Shown here: positions 1 through 10,715 of the stretch, piece by piece
How positions within the stretch are numbered: the stretch's first letter is position 1
Layout of the letters: the number at the start of each line of letters is the position of its first letter
Source: Macrostomum lignano
Taxonomy: Eukaryota
Reading direction: 5' to 3'
DNA: 64,000 bases
NCBI GenBank assembly: GCA_002269645.1
Contig: NIVC01001862.1
Span: forward strand, 1-64,000
Translations under genes and position numbers: made by a program
The notes under the pieces: model-generated
What the model was told of the DNA's origin: nothing
Database searches by the model: none
Seen by the model: only the letters and a program-made list of their open reading frames with translations

Positions 1-1
1 T

Positions 2-3000
2 CTGACAATTTGTCGCCACACGTTGGCTGGCTTGGAGTTTGAAGGCGTCACAAGCGAAGCGTTAGTCTACGACCTCAACACGCTCGTGACAAAACGCTCT
101 CGGTGTATTAACTGGAGTCAGGCTAGACGCGAACTGCACCAGTTATTTAACAACAACATATCAAAGCTGGCGCCAGATTGGAATCACAGTCGATGCAGAA
201 CGCCACCATTCGATCATTGGACTGTACATGCGTTTAAGAAATCGATTGGTAAGTGACGCTTTGATTTCATCTACATCGATTGAAACAAGACACCCTCTCT
301 CATAAATCGAACCCTCTTTTACAGGCACTACAAACAATCTTATCCAAGCCATCACTTTTGAATCGCAAGGGCCAGGCTGTTTTCACAGAACAAGTTCAGG
401 TCAGGTGGATTTTAACTACTGTGGCACGCCGGTTTGCGGTGAGTTTTTGATAATGGGAAGATTTTTTTCAGCGCAAATGAAGTAGACTTCAGTTAACCTT
501 TGTATATTAAAGCTCCTTTACCAAAACGTTCGCATTTTTACATATCACTAAAACTACTGAAACAAAAATAAATTCTTTCATTATAGCTCAAATATAAATG
601 GATAAAAATCGCAAATCTTTTTAAATTCAGAGCTGTTTGTGAACGGTTAGAACTTGCATCTTACTTTTTCAGCCATGAACCATCGTCCAGAGACCGAGTG
701 CGTCACGCAGGAATCAAACAAGCCAATCTACATGGGAAACATTAGTATTTCAAAGTCTGGCAAGCCATGCTTGAACTGGGCCGATCTGCAGAACAAACGA
801 CTTGACGCGCACTATAGAAATCTTAATGCCAACTTTGAATATAAAGTTTTTCTACCAGAGATAAAGAACACGTCCAAAATGCACAATATGTGCCGTTCAG
901 CTGTCGTTCTGTACAAAGACAGGTCTGCACAGCTAGGATGGAGAAGCGACAGCTCACTATTTATAGATGGCGAGGAGATTGCCGATATTGAAAATCAACC
1001 TTGGTGCCTGGTGTCCGGTCAAGGCGGCAACATTAGCAAGGAGTTTTGCGCGATTCACAGCTGCGGTAAGCTTTGCAGAACTATGTACGGTAAGCTTAAT
1101 AAGTAGTTAAAAGTAATTCCATATTCGCAGTTACTCTGACAACACCGTATTCATCTTAACTAATCGAAAAATACAACGGATTTCAGCCAATAACATACAG
1201 AGCATCTACGGAGTTATGCACATAAAACACAAGCCGTACATACTTTCTAAACTACTTGGTCACGAGAGCAAGTCAGAAATACTGGACTGCCAGTTCGGCT
1301 CGGTGAAGTGCACTTCGGCAGACTTCGATACCCTGCACCATCCGTACTACGGGGCTTGTTTCAAGTTCAAAAGCGAACGCTTCCTACGTGGCCTAACCCC
1401 GAAGCAGCAAGCGAGACGAAAGTTAAACATTCGACTATTCGCGGACGATCACAGCTATAAAGGCCAGACAACACCAAGCTATGAGCACATAAAAGGCATA
1501 GTAGCTGGACCGGCTAGTCGGGAAGAATTACGGCAAGCCGGTTATTACACATTTATCCTACCACCAGGACATTTTCCAGTAATTGGCCAGGCTCACACGG
1601 CTAACACTGGCAGCCACATTGAGTTCAAGATTGCTTACGAGAGAAACAAACGCGTACCTGTTAAAGATTCGAATTGTATCGTCTCGGAACAAACTGACGA
1701 TCAAGATAGCGTTGAGTATTTCATTCCTACCTGGTCTTCAGAGGGTAGACCAATAAAGGACCGGCAGATGGACAGACAGAACAAACTGACGGAAACTATG
1801 GATAATCTAGATCCGTCGTATGGGTAAGCAGGTCTATAACTTCACTGGAAAGATATGCGAGATGAATTCCCTGATAAGACTAAGCGCTCTTTTGAAACCT
1901 ATGTAGTATCTGTATGCTCATACAGAAGAGATTATACAGATTAGTCATACCTTATCCACTTTACATAGAAATCAGTAGATACGCCGACAGAGTCTGCGTA
2001 AAACACGAATTTTTGTGAAATGTGAGACCGGATGCTGATTAGGTAGAACTCATTCAGACTTGATGTTCTACTATAAACATGTAAGAACTGATTGCACTTT
2101 TTTGCAGCGATGTTAACAACCTAACGATGAAATTCCGAAACACACAAGAAACCTGCATCAATGACTACGTTTTGGCGAAGTTCATTAAACGTTGCGAGTG
2201 TCTACCATACTTTCTGCCAATACCAACCAAGTACCTAAAGTATCCGTGGTGCTACCAATGGAATAAGAGCGGCACGGACGACTATGGGCCAGCGATGCGC
2301 AGGCTTATTAAAGACGACGCCTGTTCTGCCGAGTTAATCAACAGTCTGGAAGACATTAGCAGCGAAGGCTGGAATCATTGCACTGCCAATTGTGAGATTG
2401 AGCGCTACAACATCCAACAGGTAAGTTGTAGACGTCAACGGTGAGCTTTTTAATTTCATTCAAATGACCACTCGCAACTAATTAAGGTATGACTAAAACA
2501 AGCCCCCTCTGCACGGACATGCTAAGTACAGTCAGATTGATCACGAAGAAACAATCGAAAAGTTTGCGCGTACTAATAAGCTAATGAAAGAAAATCCGAC
2601 AAAAAGCAGATTAGATCTTACATCAAACAAACTTTTTGCAGATTGTGGTTTTTCAGCCAAAGAAGACTTCGAAGCTTCTCGAAAGACAAAAAAACTTCTG
2701 TGATGCACTCACTTGTCTTTTAGAAAATTAAAGGCAATATGGTTAACACGACTCAAAGGGTTTGAACATGACTCAAAAGCGACAAATGAATAACATGTCT
2801 AGCGACCCAGATAAACATACGCATCAGTGAAAGTAAAAACAGTAGAAATCTAGCATTCATGATTACTTTTAATTGTCTTACCAATGAATGGAACAAAATA
2901 ATATTTTAGTCTCAACCCTATACACCCTTCATTAAACAGATTAACAAATACTGGCCGGACATATTCTATCATGGATTCATGACAACTCTGCAAAAGCTGC

Positions 3001-3503
3001 TCACGCTGAAAGGCTTTCCCAAGACAGTCAGCCCGGAGCTTGGCCTATCAATGCTATTCTATACACACGAGAAAGCCAGATCCATTTCAACAACGGAGAA
3101 TGCCAGTATTGTGCAGACAATGCAACAAATGATCGACGCGGCTAGAAGCAATCTAGTTTGGATAACAATCGGCAGTGCGGTTGAACACGGTCTAATGATC
3201 GAGGAGGAGATCTCCTACACGGCTAATAATCTACTAGCCGAGATGGGCGGCGCTCTGGGCCTATGGTGCGGCATATCGCTTTTGACATTCTGCGAACTGC
3301 TAGAACTAGCTGTCTACGTGGGCCTGGCTTACTGCAAACGGGTCGCCGACTGGTGGAATTGGTGGCGCATCAACGCTAGGGCAACCAAGGCTGAGATAGC
3401 TGCCACTGCTGCTGCCGCTGCGGCTGCCGCCAAGGCCGCGACTGGCACCGGCGGACAACAGGGTGAAGCTGCCGAAAATTCCGTGCCGTTAAATAAGCAT
3501 TAA
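2..3503 (+). CDS. DEG/ENaC (amiloride-sensitive Na+ channel family) subunit with two tandem kringle-like domains in the ectodomain; 5' end (TM1) lies upstream of the window
   Basis: Reconstructed exons <2..248, 325..438, 673..1065, 1187..1823, 2108..2420, 2910..3503. All introns are GT..AG with matching phases; total 2298 nt = 766 codons including stop. DEG/ENaC motifs: LGHESKSEILDCQFGSVKCTSADF..HPYYGACFKF; Cys-rich thumb (TC..KRCECLP..C..C..HCTANC); YWP; TM2 YTANNLLAEMGGALGLWCGISLLTFCELLEL with GxS filter. Exon 4 might hide an additional small intron near 1745-1800. Confidence 0.85.
11..437 (+). other. Kringle-like domain 1 (split by intron 249..324) within the DEG/ENaC gene
   Basis: Spliced translation C-RHTLAGLEFEG...RC-INW...WNHSRC-RTPP...GPGC-FHRTSSGQVDFNYC-GTPVC gives six Cys in kringle order, with the CxxW, CR and PxC...YC..PxC hallmarks. 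Confidence 0.65.
699..1064 (+). other. Kringle-like domain 2 (single exon 673..1065) within the DEG/ENaC gene
   Basis: EC-VTQESNKPIYMGNISISKSGKPC-LNW...HNMC-R...PWC-LVSGQGGNISKEFC-AIHSC matches the kringle consensus C..Y.G..S.T.SG..C..W..HN.CR..PWC..E.C.I..C, with all six Cys present. Confidence 0.85.
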
Positions 3504-3580
3504 CGCAATAACTTTGATTATTAATTTACAAGAATAACCGATCAATTTCAAACAAGAGCAGACAGACGCAGACAGAAAGA

Positions 3581-3682
3581 CAGATGGACTTCTTATATTC
3601 AGATAGACGAACTTTTCATATTCAGATGGACGGACTTTTCATATTCAGTTGACGGACTTTTCAAATTCAGATCGACGAACTT
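3581..3682 (+). repeat. Short 23-bp tandem repeat (~4 degenerate copies) in the 3' region of the kringle-DEG/ENaC gene
   Basis: Units like ttcagatggacggacttttcata. Confidence 0.6.
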
Positions 3683-4589
3683 ATTGTTAAACCTACATTA
3701 TACCCTTACACCGTAGATTCGTAGTTATACCATACACATTCAGAAAATTCTGGTCTCTATCAAATCCAAAAGCAATATTTTAACATTACCAAGTGTAACA
3801 GACTAAATCAGGCCATATAAGTATTACTTTTAACGTTCTTTTTTCTCCCGTTAATTAAGCGTGCACCTCTAACGAAGATTAAAAATTATTTTATAAGTTT
3901 AATATTAGGCTTATTGTATTCGGTGTTGACCCTGTTTTATTATATTGGCAAAATCCCACATGCACTACTTACAGTAACGCACTGTGTCAAGCTGTTGGAT
4001 TCAACCATCAATCAGTAGCTACTCACTTAAAGTAATTTACTAACCAATCTAATCTACTGAGCACATTTTTATGCGCTTACCAATTCAAAGGTAAGAACTT
4101 ATCAATAAAAAACTACAAAGAAACAAATTTCCAGACGAAAGCAAATCAAATGGACGACTTAATTTATTTCATTTTGTAAGCATAATTGCAGCTACACTGC
4201 ATCGATTCGCACAGTAACACAACATTCACATACTGTAACTCATTTGCAATATTGCTTAAAATGAGTTATGTGGTAAAATGCATTGAAGCCATAAATTGAT
4301 GCTCAAAATGCCAATTCGAGTACTGAACTGCAGGACAACAAATTGCAATCAAATACAGCACATTATCATTCGTCACACCAAGCACACAAAGATGCAAAGA
4401 TCCAACACAAGCACCTCAGTCATCCTAGAAATCCGAGATGTTTCAAACCTTTAGTGACAGACGGTTTGCGAAATCTCAGTACCTAAAAGATACAATGATT
4501 ATCATAACGACATAAAGCATGGGGGCTTTTTGCAATCTCAATAGGATATATTGGTACTGTAGATAGGTGGTCATAACTCAAAGATCTTT

Positions 4590-4891
4590 AATTAGTTGAT
4601 TGATTACTCCTGCCCCAATTGGGCCAGATGTGCAACCGACAGCTTAGCCGCAGCTATTGCGCGGTGCACCTGAAGACTACGTACGGCTGTTCAGTTCAAG
4701 GACTGGAGGTCACCAAACACACCCTGAATTACCCCAGCTAATTCTGGTACCCGTTTTACAGCTGGGGGAACTGAAGCAATGCAGACTTAAGTGTCTTGCT
4801 CAAGGACACAAATTGTTCCAGTGGGATCGGGAATCGAACCCTCGACCTTAAAGCCGCGAGTCGGACGCTCTAACCACTAAGCTACAACCCC
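4590..4891 (-). mobile_element. tRNA-derived CORE-type SINE (MIR-like core)
   Basis: The minus strand begins ggggttgTAGCTTAGTGGttagagcgtccgactcgcggctttaaggtcgagGGTTCGATTCCcgatcccac (Pol III A and B boxes, tRNA-like head). It is followed by gtgtccttgagcaagacacttaa...cttcagttcccccagctgtaaaacggg, resembling the CORE consensus tgtgaccttgggcaagtcacttaa...cctcagtttcctcatctgtaaaatggg. The 3' boundary is approximate. Confidence 0.8.
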
Positions 4892-5032
4892 ATTTAAGAT
4901 CTTATAAGCCTATTAGTTTATCCGAGCGATTAGACAGGGGGATGACAGCTTAATGGATAGCTAGAAGTCCCAAGCACATGTAGAAATTTAAAATGGCCTA
5001 CAGGCATTGTAAGCCTTTTCAATTTGCTCACG

Positions 5033-5785
5033 TCAATCAGTATTCGCAGGTTCAATAACTCCCAAGCAAACGTTGGCAAAGTCTACAAACAGAGGCAGCT
5101 GCATCGCCCGCTCCAGGTCAGCTTCCGGTCTCCGACTGCCGTTAAGTCGGACGAGCAGCTCTCGCAGCTCCGGATTGCCTAGCAGCTTAATGAGCTGCGG
5201 GCACTGCCGCAGTCGGGCTAAATTTTCAGCTGCCAAATAATCTTCGCTGTCTAGACCGAGATCAAGCAGCTCGGCGCAAGGCGCGGGCGGCGGCTGCTTC
5301 TTCTGCTCTTCTGCTAGCTGACGTCGCCTTCTTTCGGCTAGAAATTCGCGAGTCTCTCGCTCCTCTTTGGCATTGCAGCCGGCGCGATGACGGGCGCAAC
5401 AAGCTGTCGAACAATAGCGAGCCAGCTGGCAGCCAGGGCAGCGGTACTTCGGAGCCGGTGATTCGCATACTGAGCAGCGAAGACGATCAAGCTTAGGCAA
5501 AGGCCGCGGGCGTAGGAAACTTCCGCTGGCGCTACCGCTGCCACGACCACGACCGCGGCCGCCTCCGCGACCACGATAGCCAGAGAAGCCGCCTCTTCCG
5601 CCTCCCCTGCCTCTGCCTCTTCCTCCGCCACCTCGATAATTATTATAGCCGTTATTGATTGGCCCAGTTAGAGAAGTATTGCCGCCTGCTTCGGTTACTC
5701 CTACATCTGCAGCAGGGTTAGCGGCAGCTGCTGCTGCTGGATGGCAATTGTTGCCATGGTATCTTTGCTGCCTGAATCGATTCAT
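5033..5785 (-). CDS. ZNHIT3: Zinc finger HIT domain-containing protein 3 (box C/D snoRNP assembly factor) with RGG/GAR-rich N-terminal extension; single exon, 250 aa
   Basis: zf-HIT CSVCESPAPKYRCPGCQLARYCSTACCARHRAGC. C-terminal ZNHIT3-type segment LRQCPQLIKLLGNPELRELL...AMQLPLFVDFANVCLGVIEP. ATG start and TGA stop. Confidence 0.85.
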   Translation of the reverse strand: MNRFRQQRYHGNNCHPAAAAAANPAADVGVTEAGGNTSLTGPINNGYNNYRGGGGRGRGRGGGRGGFSGYRGRGGGRGRGRGSGSASGSFLRPRPLPKLDRLRCSVCESPAPKYRCPGCQLARYCSTACCARHRAGCNAKEERETREFLAERRRRQLAEEQKKQPPPAPCAELLDLGLDSEDYLAAENLARLRQCPQLIKLLGNPELRELLVRLNGSRRPEADLERAMQLPLFVDFANVCLGVIEPANTD

Positions 5786-6876
5786 GCAATAACAATTGAT
5801 TTATTCAAATGCCAGTCCATTATATGCGATCAATATGCTACCCTTTCTAATGAAGCTATAAACGTTTTTACCAGTAAGAGTTTAGGCTACTGCACGCAAA
5901 GCGCAGTTTAAGTTAAAAATTATCTCATCAAGCTCAAATAATTACACTTAAAAACGGATGAAATGGCAATTAAGACAATTTACTGTCAAATTGAACCACT
6001 TATTATGCCACTAAAGAAGCTGAGTACTTTAAAGAGCTCGTGAGAGAAATAAAACAGCTACAGAAAGCAAGCAAAAAAGCAAGAACGCTTGAAGTTTCTG
6101 ACTCGAAAAGCTAGCTAAAACTTGTCTGGGACTCTCTGAGAAAGCCCACGGGCGAGCAAGGAAAGAAAAAAAAACCACTTGTCTAAGCTGACTAATGCTT
6201 GTATAGACTGAATCGAAGAAAAGAAGCTATGCGTACAATGGGGGGGGGTCTTCTACCTCCCTACGATTGTAAAAAACTAGGGTTTAAGAGTTTCAAGATG
6301 CTGCCGTAATTCGTGCACACTTTCAGGTGTGGGAATAACCAACTTGAAGAGAAGTGGCAGACAGCTTGAAAATGCAGACGGTTTTGAGAGTACAATTGAC
6401 TGTCTCACCCCGGAATATTTCGGACCAAATACGAGCTTAGGTTCTTAATGTATGAAAACAATCTGCCAATTACATAGAAATACAATATTACTAAGTAGAT
6501 GCTTTTCAACTAAGTGGGGCTGAAATGGACGGTGTTCGAGAAGCAGAATATGCTAAATGCAACAAAAACACGAGCTTCTAACAATGGCTGCTGCAAAGGG
6601 AAATAAGAGAGACATGCTAGGGCACACAAGAGGCTGAGCATTAAACTCGCACAGCCAATCGTTACGCCAGCCAAAAGAACCCGCAGAAAACCCTACTGCG
6701 CCCAACAATGAAAGAGCAAAAATGAGAAAGATATTAGAATAGAAATGTGGATTGCACTGGTTCAGCATTAAGAGACTGCAATTTTCAAGAGCATAAAATT
6801 TTGATTAGCCCAAAATCATACTGAAGCACAAGAAGCAAACCTCTAACTGATATTCAGCAAAGCCACTGACTCAATC

Positions 6877-9055
6877 ATGAATAACGACAGAAAGCAAATC
6901 AAAGCGAACAGTCGAGGTAAAGACAAGGATCTCTATTGCCAAATGTCTGGATTCTGTCAGCGCACAACTATACACGGTCTGTCCCATATGTACCAATCGA
7001 AAACATCAAAACGGAAAATCTTCTGGCTAACAGTATTCGTGCTTGGCCTCGTTGCTACTATAGTGCATCTGACATTTCATGCGATGCAATTTCTGGAATC
7101 GCCAACCATTATCACGTTGGATCATGAAGGTTCTGAATTCGAATTTCCTGACGTCACAATCTGCTCGCAAACGCCTACAACAAGTCGATTCTACGAACGA
7201 GGAACGGAAAAATTTCCAAACATACAAAACGGCTTTACAGCGATGGATCTTCTTTTGTATCCGGTTTACAATCAAACATACGATTCCGTACATTTGCTTC
7301 CCTACAAAGAGGAAATTCTATTACATAAAAGACTAATACAGCACCAGTATGCATCTATGCCAACAAAGCACAAAGGTTTCGCCCTCGATGAGCTGGTTAT
7401 CAAATGTAGCTTTCACAAGTCAGATTGCAGATTACAGTTCACCTTACTACAGAATCCGTATTATCTGAACTGTTATACCTTCCAACCGCCGGAACGAAAC
7501 TTAAAGACTACTAGACCAGAAGACGGCCTGTTGCTGCTTCTGTACATAGGAAATGCCCAAAAGAACAATATCTTTCCAGGCAAAAATGCTACCATAACTA
7601 GCCGCAGTCGACCAACTAGTCAAAAAAGGGAAACTAGCAACGATTGGTTTGCTCGAATTCTTCTACCGGAGTACGAACCGGCAGGCGTGAAAATTGTCTT
7701 CCACGAAAAAGACGCATTCCCAGCTCTTAGAGCAGCTGGTTCGATTGTGGGAGCCGGACAGTTTAGCGAGATCGAATTAGGTAGGTAAAAAATTAACTGC
7801 TTTGCTCTTATTACACAATTAGATCTGAAAAGGATCCCGCGTCGAGATGTTATCGAGGGAGTCTTTGATTACGATTTGATAAAACTTACAACAGCTAGTC
7901 TTTAAATCACGCTTAGAAATTTGATACAAGTGAGCTGGGAGAAACTATTAACATTACTTTAAAAACTATACTTACCTACCAACAGGTATGATACAAGAAC
8001 GAAAACTAAACAAGGGATCCTCACCCTGTGTTGACACTGAACCAAAAGTGTGGTTTCTAACCAGCTTAGACGAATCTGGTTGGCCTGTGTTTCGCGAATT
8101 CAACGCCGAACCTGGCGACTGCATTTACGAATTTCAACAGCGAGACCTATACAAGGAGTGCGGCTGCACTAGCCACCGAGTACCGCTGCAGCGAGATCAC
8201 AAAATGTTTAACAGCATTGATCGTGGCGATCAAGTAGGCTGGTGCTACAACAGCACTAGCTTGTTACTAGATCTTGGGCTAGATGTCAACCAGATTGTCA
8301 AATCGGTGAAAGGGGATCCTGCCAAACTAGTTAATATCAGTAAAACAGCGATCCAATCTAGCCACGCCAATAGTCGCCTGGTGGAGCGCTATTTACGAAG
8401 AGTCAACTGTCATGATAGCCTATTGGACAGGTTCAGCGATCCGCACTACAACAGTATCCAACAGTGCACTGACGGCGGCGAAAAGGCGCTCTATGCCTGC
8501 CAGAAAAACGAGTACAAATCTGTTCATAGCACAGCTAGCTGGCCAAGATATTCGGATATCCAAGAAATTATCGAGGAGGATATTCTTCCAGCACTGCTCA
8601 TACCGAAGAACAATCTTAGCGACGGCAATAAAACTAAAGTTGAGTATCGACCATTAGCGCACGATCTATTCGACTTCGATTCGAACGGCCAGTGGATAGC
8701 TCAAGTGGAGTTAGTAAAAGAAAATTTTGTTAAACTGCAACTACACCCAGTCGAGGTGCTAGTCAATGTGCACAGAGAGGAACCGGCATACAGCATCTGG
8801 GAGGCGCTCGGAGAACTAGGTGGCATCATCGGACTATGGCTGGGCATGAGTTTCCTTGGCGTCATTGAGGTGTGCGAATTCGTTATCGATTTGACATCGG
8901 CTGCTAGACGAGGCAAGACTTTACAGTTAGTGAAGCGAAAAGAGCCCGATGCAGTGAGCGGGCCCTATGGAGAAGCTGAAAGCGCAGCGCCAGAGCTTCT
9001 GCTATCGGAAATACCGAATGGTGTCGACGTGGATCAGTCGACGCAAAATTGCTGA
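6877..9055 (+). CDS. DEG/ENaC family channel subunit (FaNaC-like architecture), 2 exons, 657 aa
   Basis: join(6877..7780,7986..9055), phase-1 GT..AG intron, 1974 nt. Motifs: TTIHGL pre-TM1, TM1 IFWLTVFVLGLVATIVHL, EFPDVTIC, C.F..SDC, PYYLNCYTF, G..I.FHE, Cys-rich thumb, SWP, TM2 LGELGGIIGLWLGMSFLGVIEVCEF. Confidence 0.9.
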
Positions 9056-9672
9056 TAATAAACACTAATTGACTTCTCAATAGACAATATGTACTTTAGT
9101 ATTAGTATAACTAACCCTAGTGAAAATGAGACATGTTTATTAAGTTGCATTTGTTTCTATAATCGATGGTAACTCTAAAATAAAGCAGGAAATATTAAAA
9201 TGCGAATAGGGAAAGAAAAGTTTTTTTAATAAATCCATCTAAAAACTTTTTTTAACTTGGCAAGAAAAACCTATAGATAAAATACCTACCGAATCTGTAT
9301 ACTCTATTAAAAAAGCAAAGGACAAAACGTTTATAGTTTGGTTTCTAATGTATTTTAATGTGTGCCTTCTCATGAGAACATAACAAAATATACACAATCG
9401 TGCATGCACTGCGCAAGCGCACCGAGACTGCAGCATGCCCAGTTTGATAAACACATTTTCTGTCAACTTGATTGACAAAGTCTGGAATATACATGTAGAA
9501 ATGCTTTTTTAAACTTCAAGCAATTGACAACAAGCTGATGATTTTAATATATCAAAAAGCTTTAGCACAATTAACAGTGAAAAGAACAATATAAAAAACA
9601 AGAGAAAGCGAAGGCAACCAAAATAAACATGACGACCAGTTTAGGCCCAAAAGGCCCGATTAACAAACCAAT

Positions 9673-10715
9673 TCAACCAGCAGCAAAGTCCGATAAACCA
9701 ATAGGAAAGCATTTCACCTGCCGATCCGACACTAAATAGTGGTAAGCGGCCGAGCGCCAGTTGCCATGGCAACTAGACTCGCCGTTGTTTGAAATCAAAG
9801 CTGGCGCAGTTAAAGTCACCCGACCGTCGACCTCGGGCAGGTAGCCAGTCTCTAGAGGCTCCGCATTGATTACAAAAATTGCCAGGGACATTAGAGCGGA
9901 CGATAATGTTCTTAGTTGAACATCAGAAGAGGCCGAGTGGCAGCCAATAACAAAGAGACCGGCACTGTCCGAGCGACCGATGCGAGTTCGCTGGCACAGG
10001 CGCAGAATGGCGTGAGTTACTTCGGACGGACTGTGGCCAAGGTACACCTGCAATAGATTGATGCTGAATTAATACACAGGTATTATTGCGGATTAAGTCG
10101 TCAAAGAAATGGACGAGTAAAATCATAATGGTGGATTGCAACAGTGACTAAGAGTAGAATGAAGAGCATCTGATCACGAGAATGGATAAATTGGGGATCT
10201 TTTATGAGTAAAGTCCATTTGATCAGATGCAACTAACTAGGGACAAATGATAGAGAGTAGTTAAGCAGACCTACCAGAGGACTAATATCTTCCAAGACTA
10301 GAATAGGTCTGCCGCCTTCGACTGCAGTCAGTGTTTCATACTGCTGAGCTAGGTGTTCCAGCAGTCGATCCAACGAGCTTCTTTCATCGCCATCGCCATC
10401 GTTAGCTAGTAAAATTTCATGTACGCTGCTATAAGTAGACGCGTCGCGTCTGGCGCCAAATTTTTGCAGAGCAGAACGCGCAGCTTCCTCGCTAGTTAAA
10501 GTGGCCGCCCAATGTACACGGGACGAAACAGTGGCTGAAGAGCGCTGTTGATTGGCTGAGATTAACCGAGGTGGCAGCCAATGAGCGCAGAGCTCGGCTA
10601 AAAAGGCGGTCACGTGATCGGAGGAGCCATTAACGAAACAGAGACCGCGAGCGTCCGATGATAGCCAGTCATTTAGAAGCCCACCAGAAAGTTTTAAAGC
10701 GTGACTGCTTGACAT
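9673..10715 (-). CDS. ELP6: Elongator complex protein 6-like, 2 exons, 271 aa
   Basis: complement(join(9673..10047,10275..10715)), with donor gtaggt, acceptor ctattgcag, phase 0. RecA-like-fold motifs typical of ELP6: ILVLEDISPL, LFVIGCH, V.AEPLETGYLPEVDGRVTL, YHYLVSDRQVKCFPIG. Length is close to known ELP6 proteins. Confidence 0.75.

Noticed and set aside
4810-4891. Possible tRNA gene on the minus strand
   Set aside because: A and B boxes are present, but the sequence runs directly into a CORE-SINE body and the acceptor stem is incomplete; better explained as a SINE head.
5262-5631. Alternative-frame Ala/Glu-rich ORFs overlapping ZNHIT3, and shadow ORFs overlapping other genes (e.g. 38250..38762, 42410..43166, 52224..52739)
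   Set aside because: Antisense or out-of-frame shadows of GC-rich coding exons.
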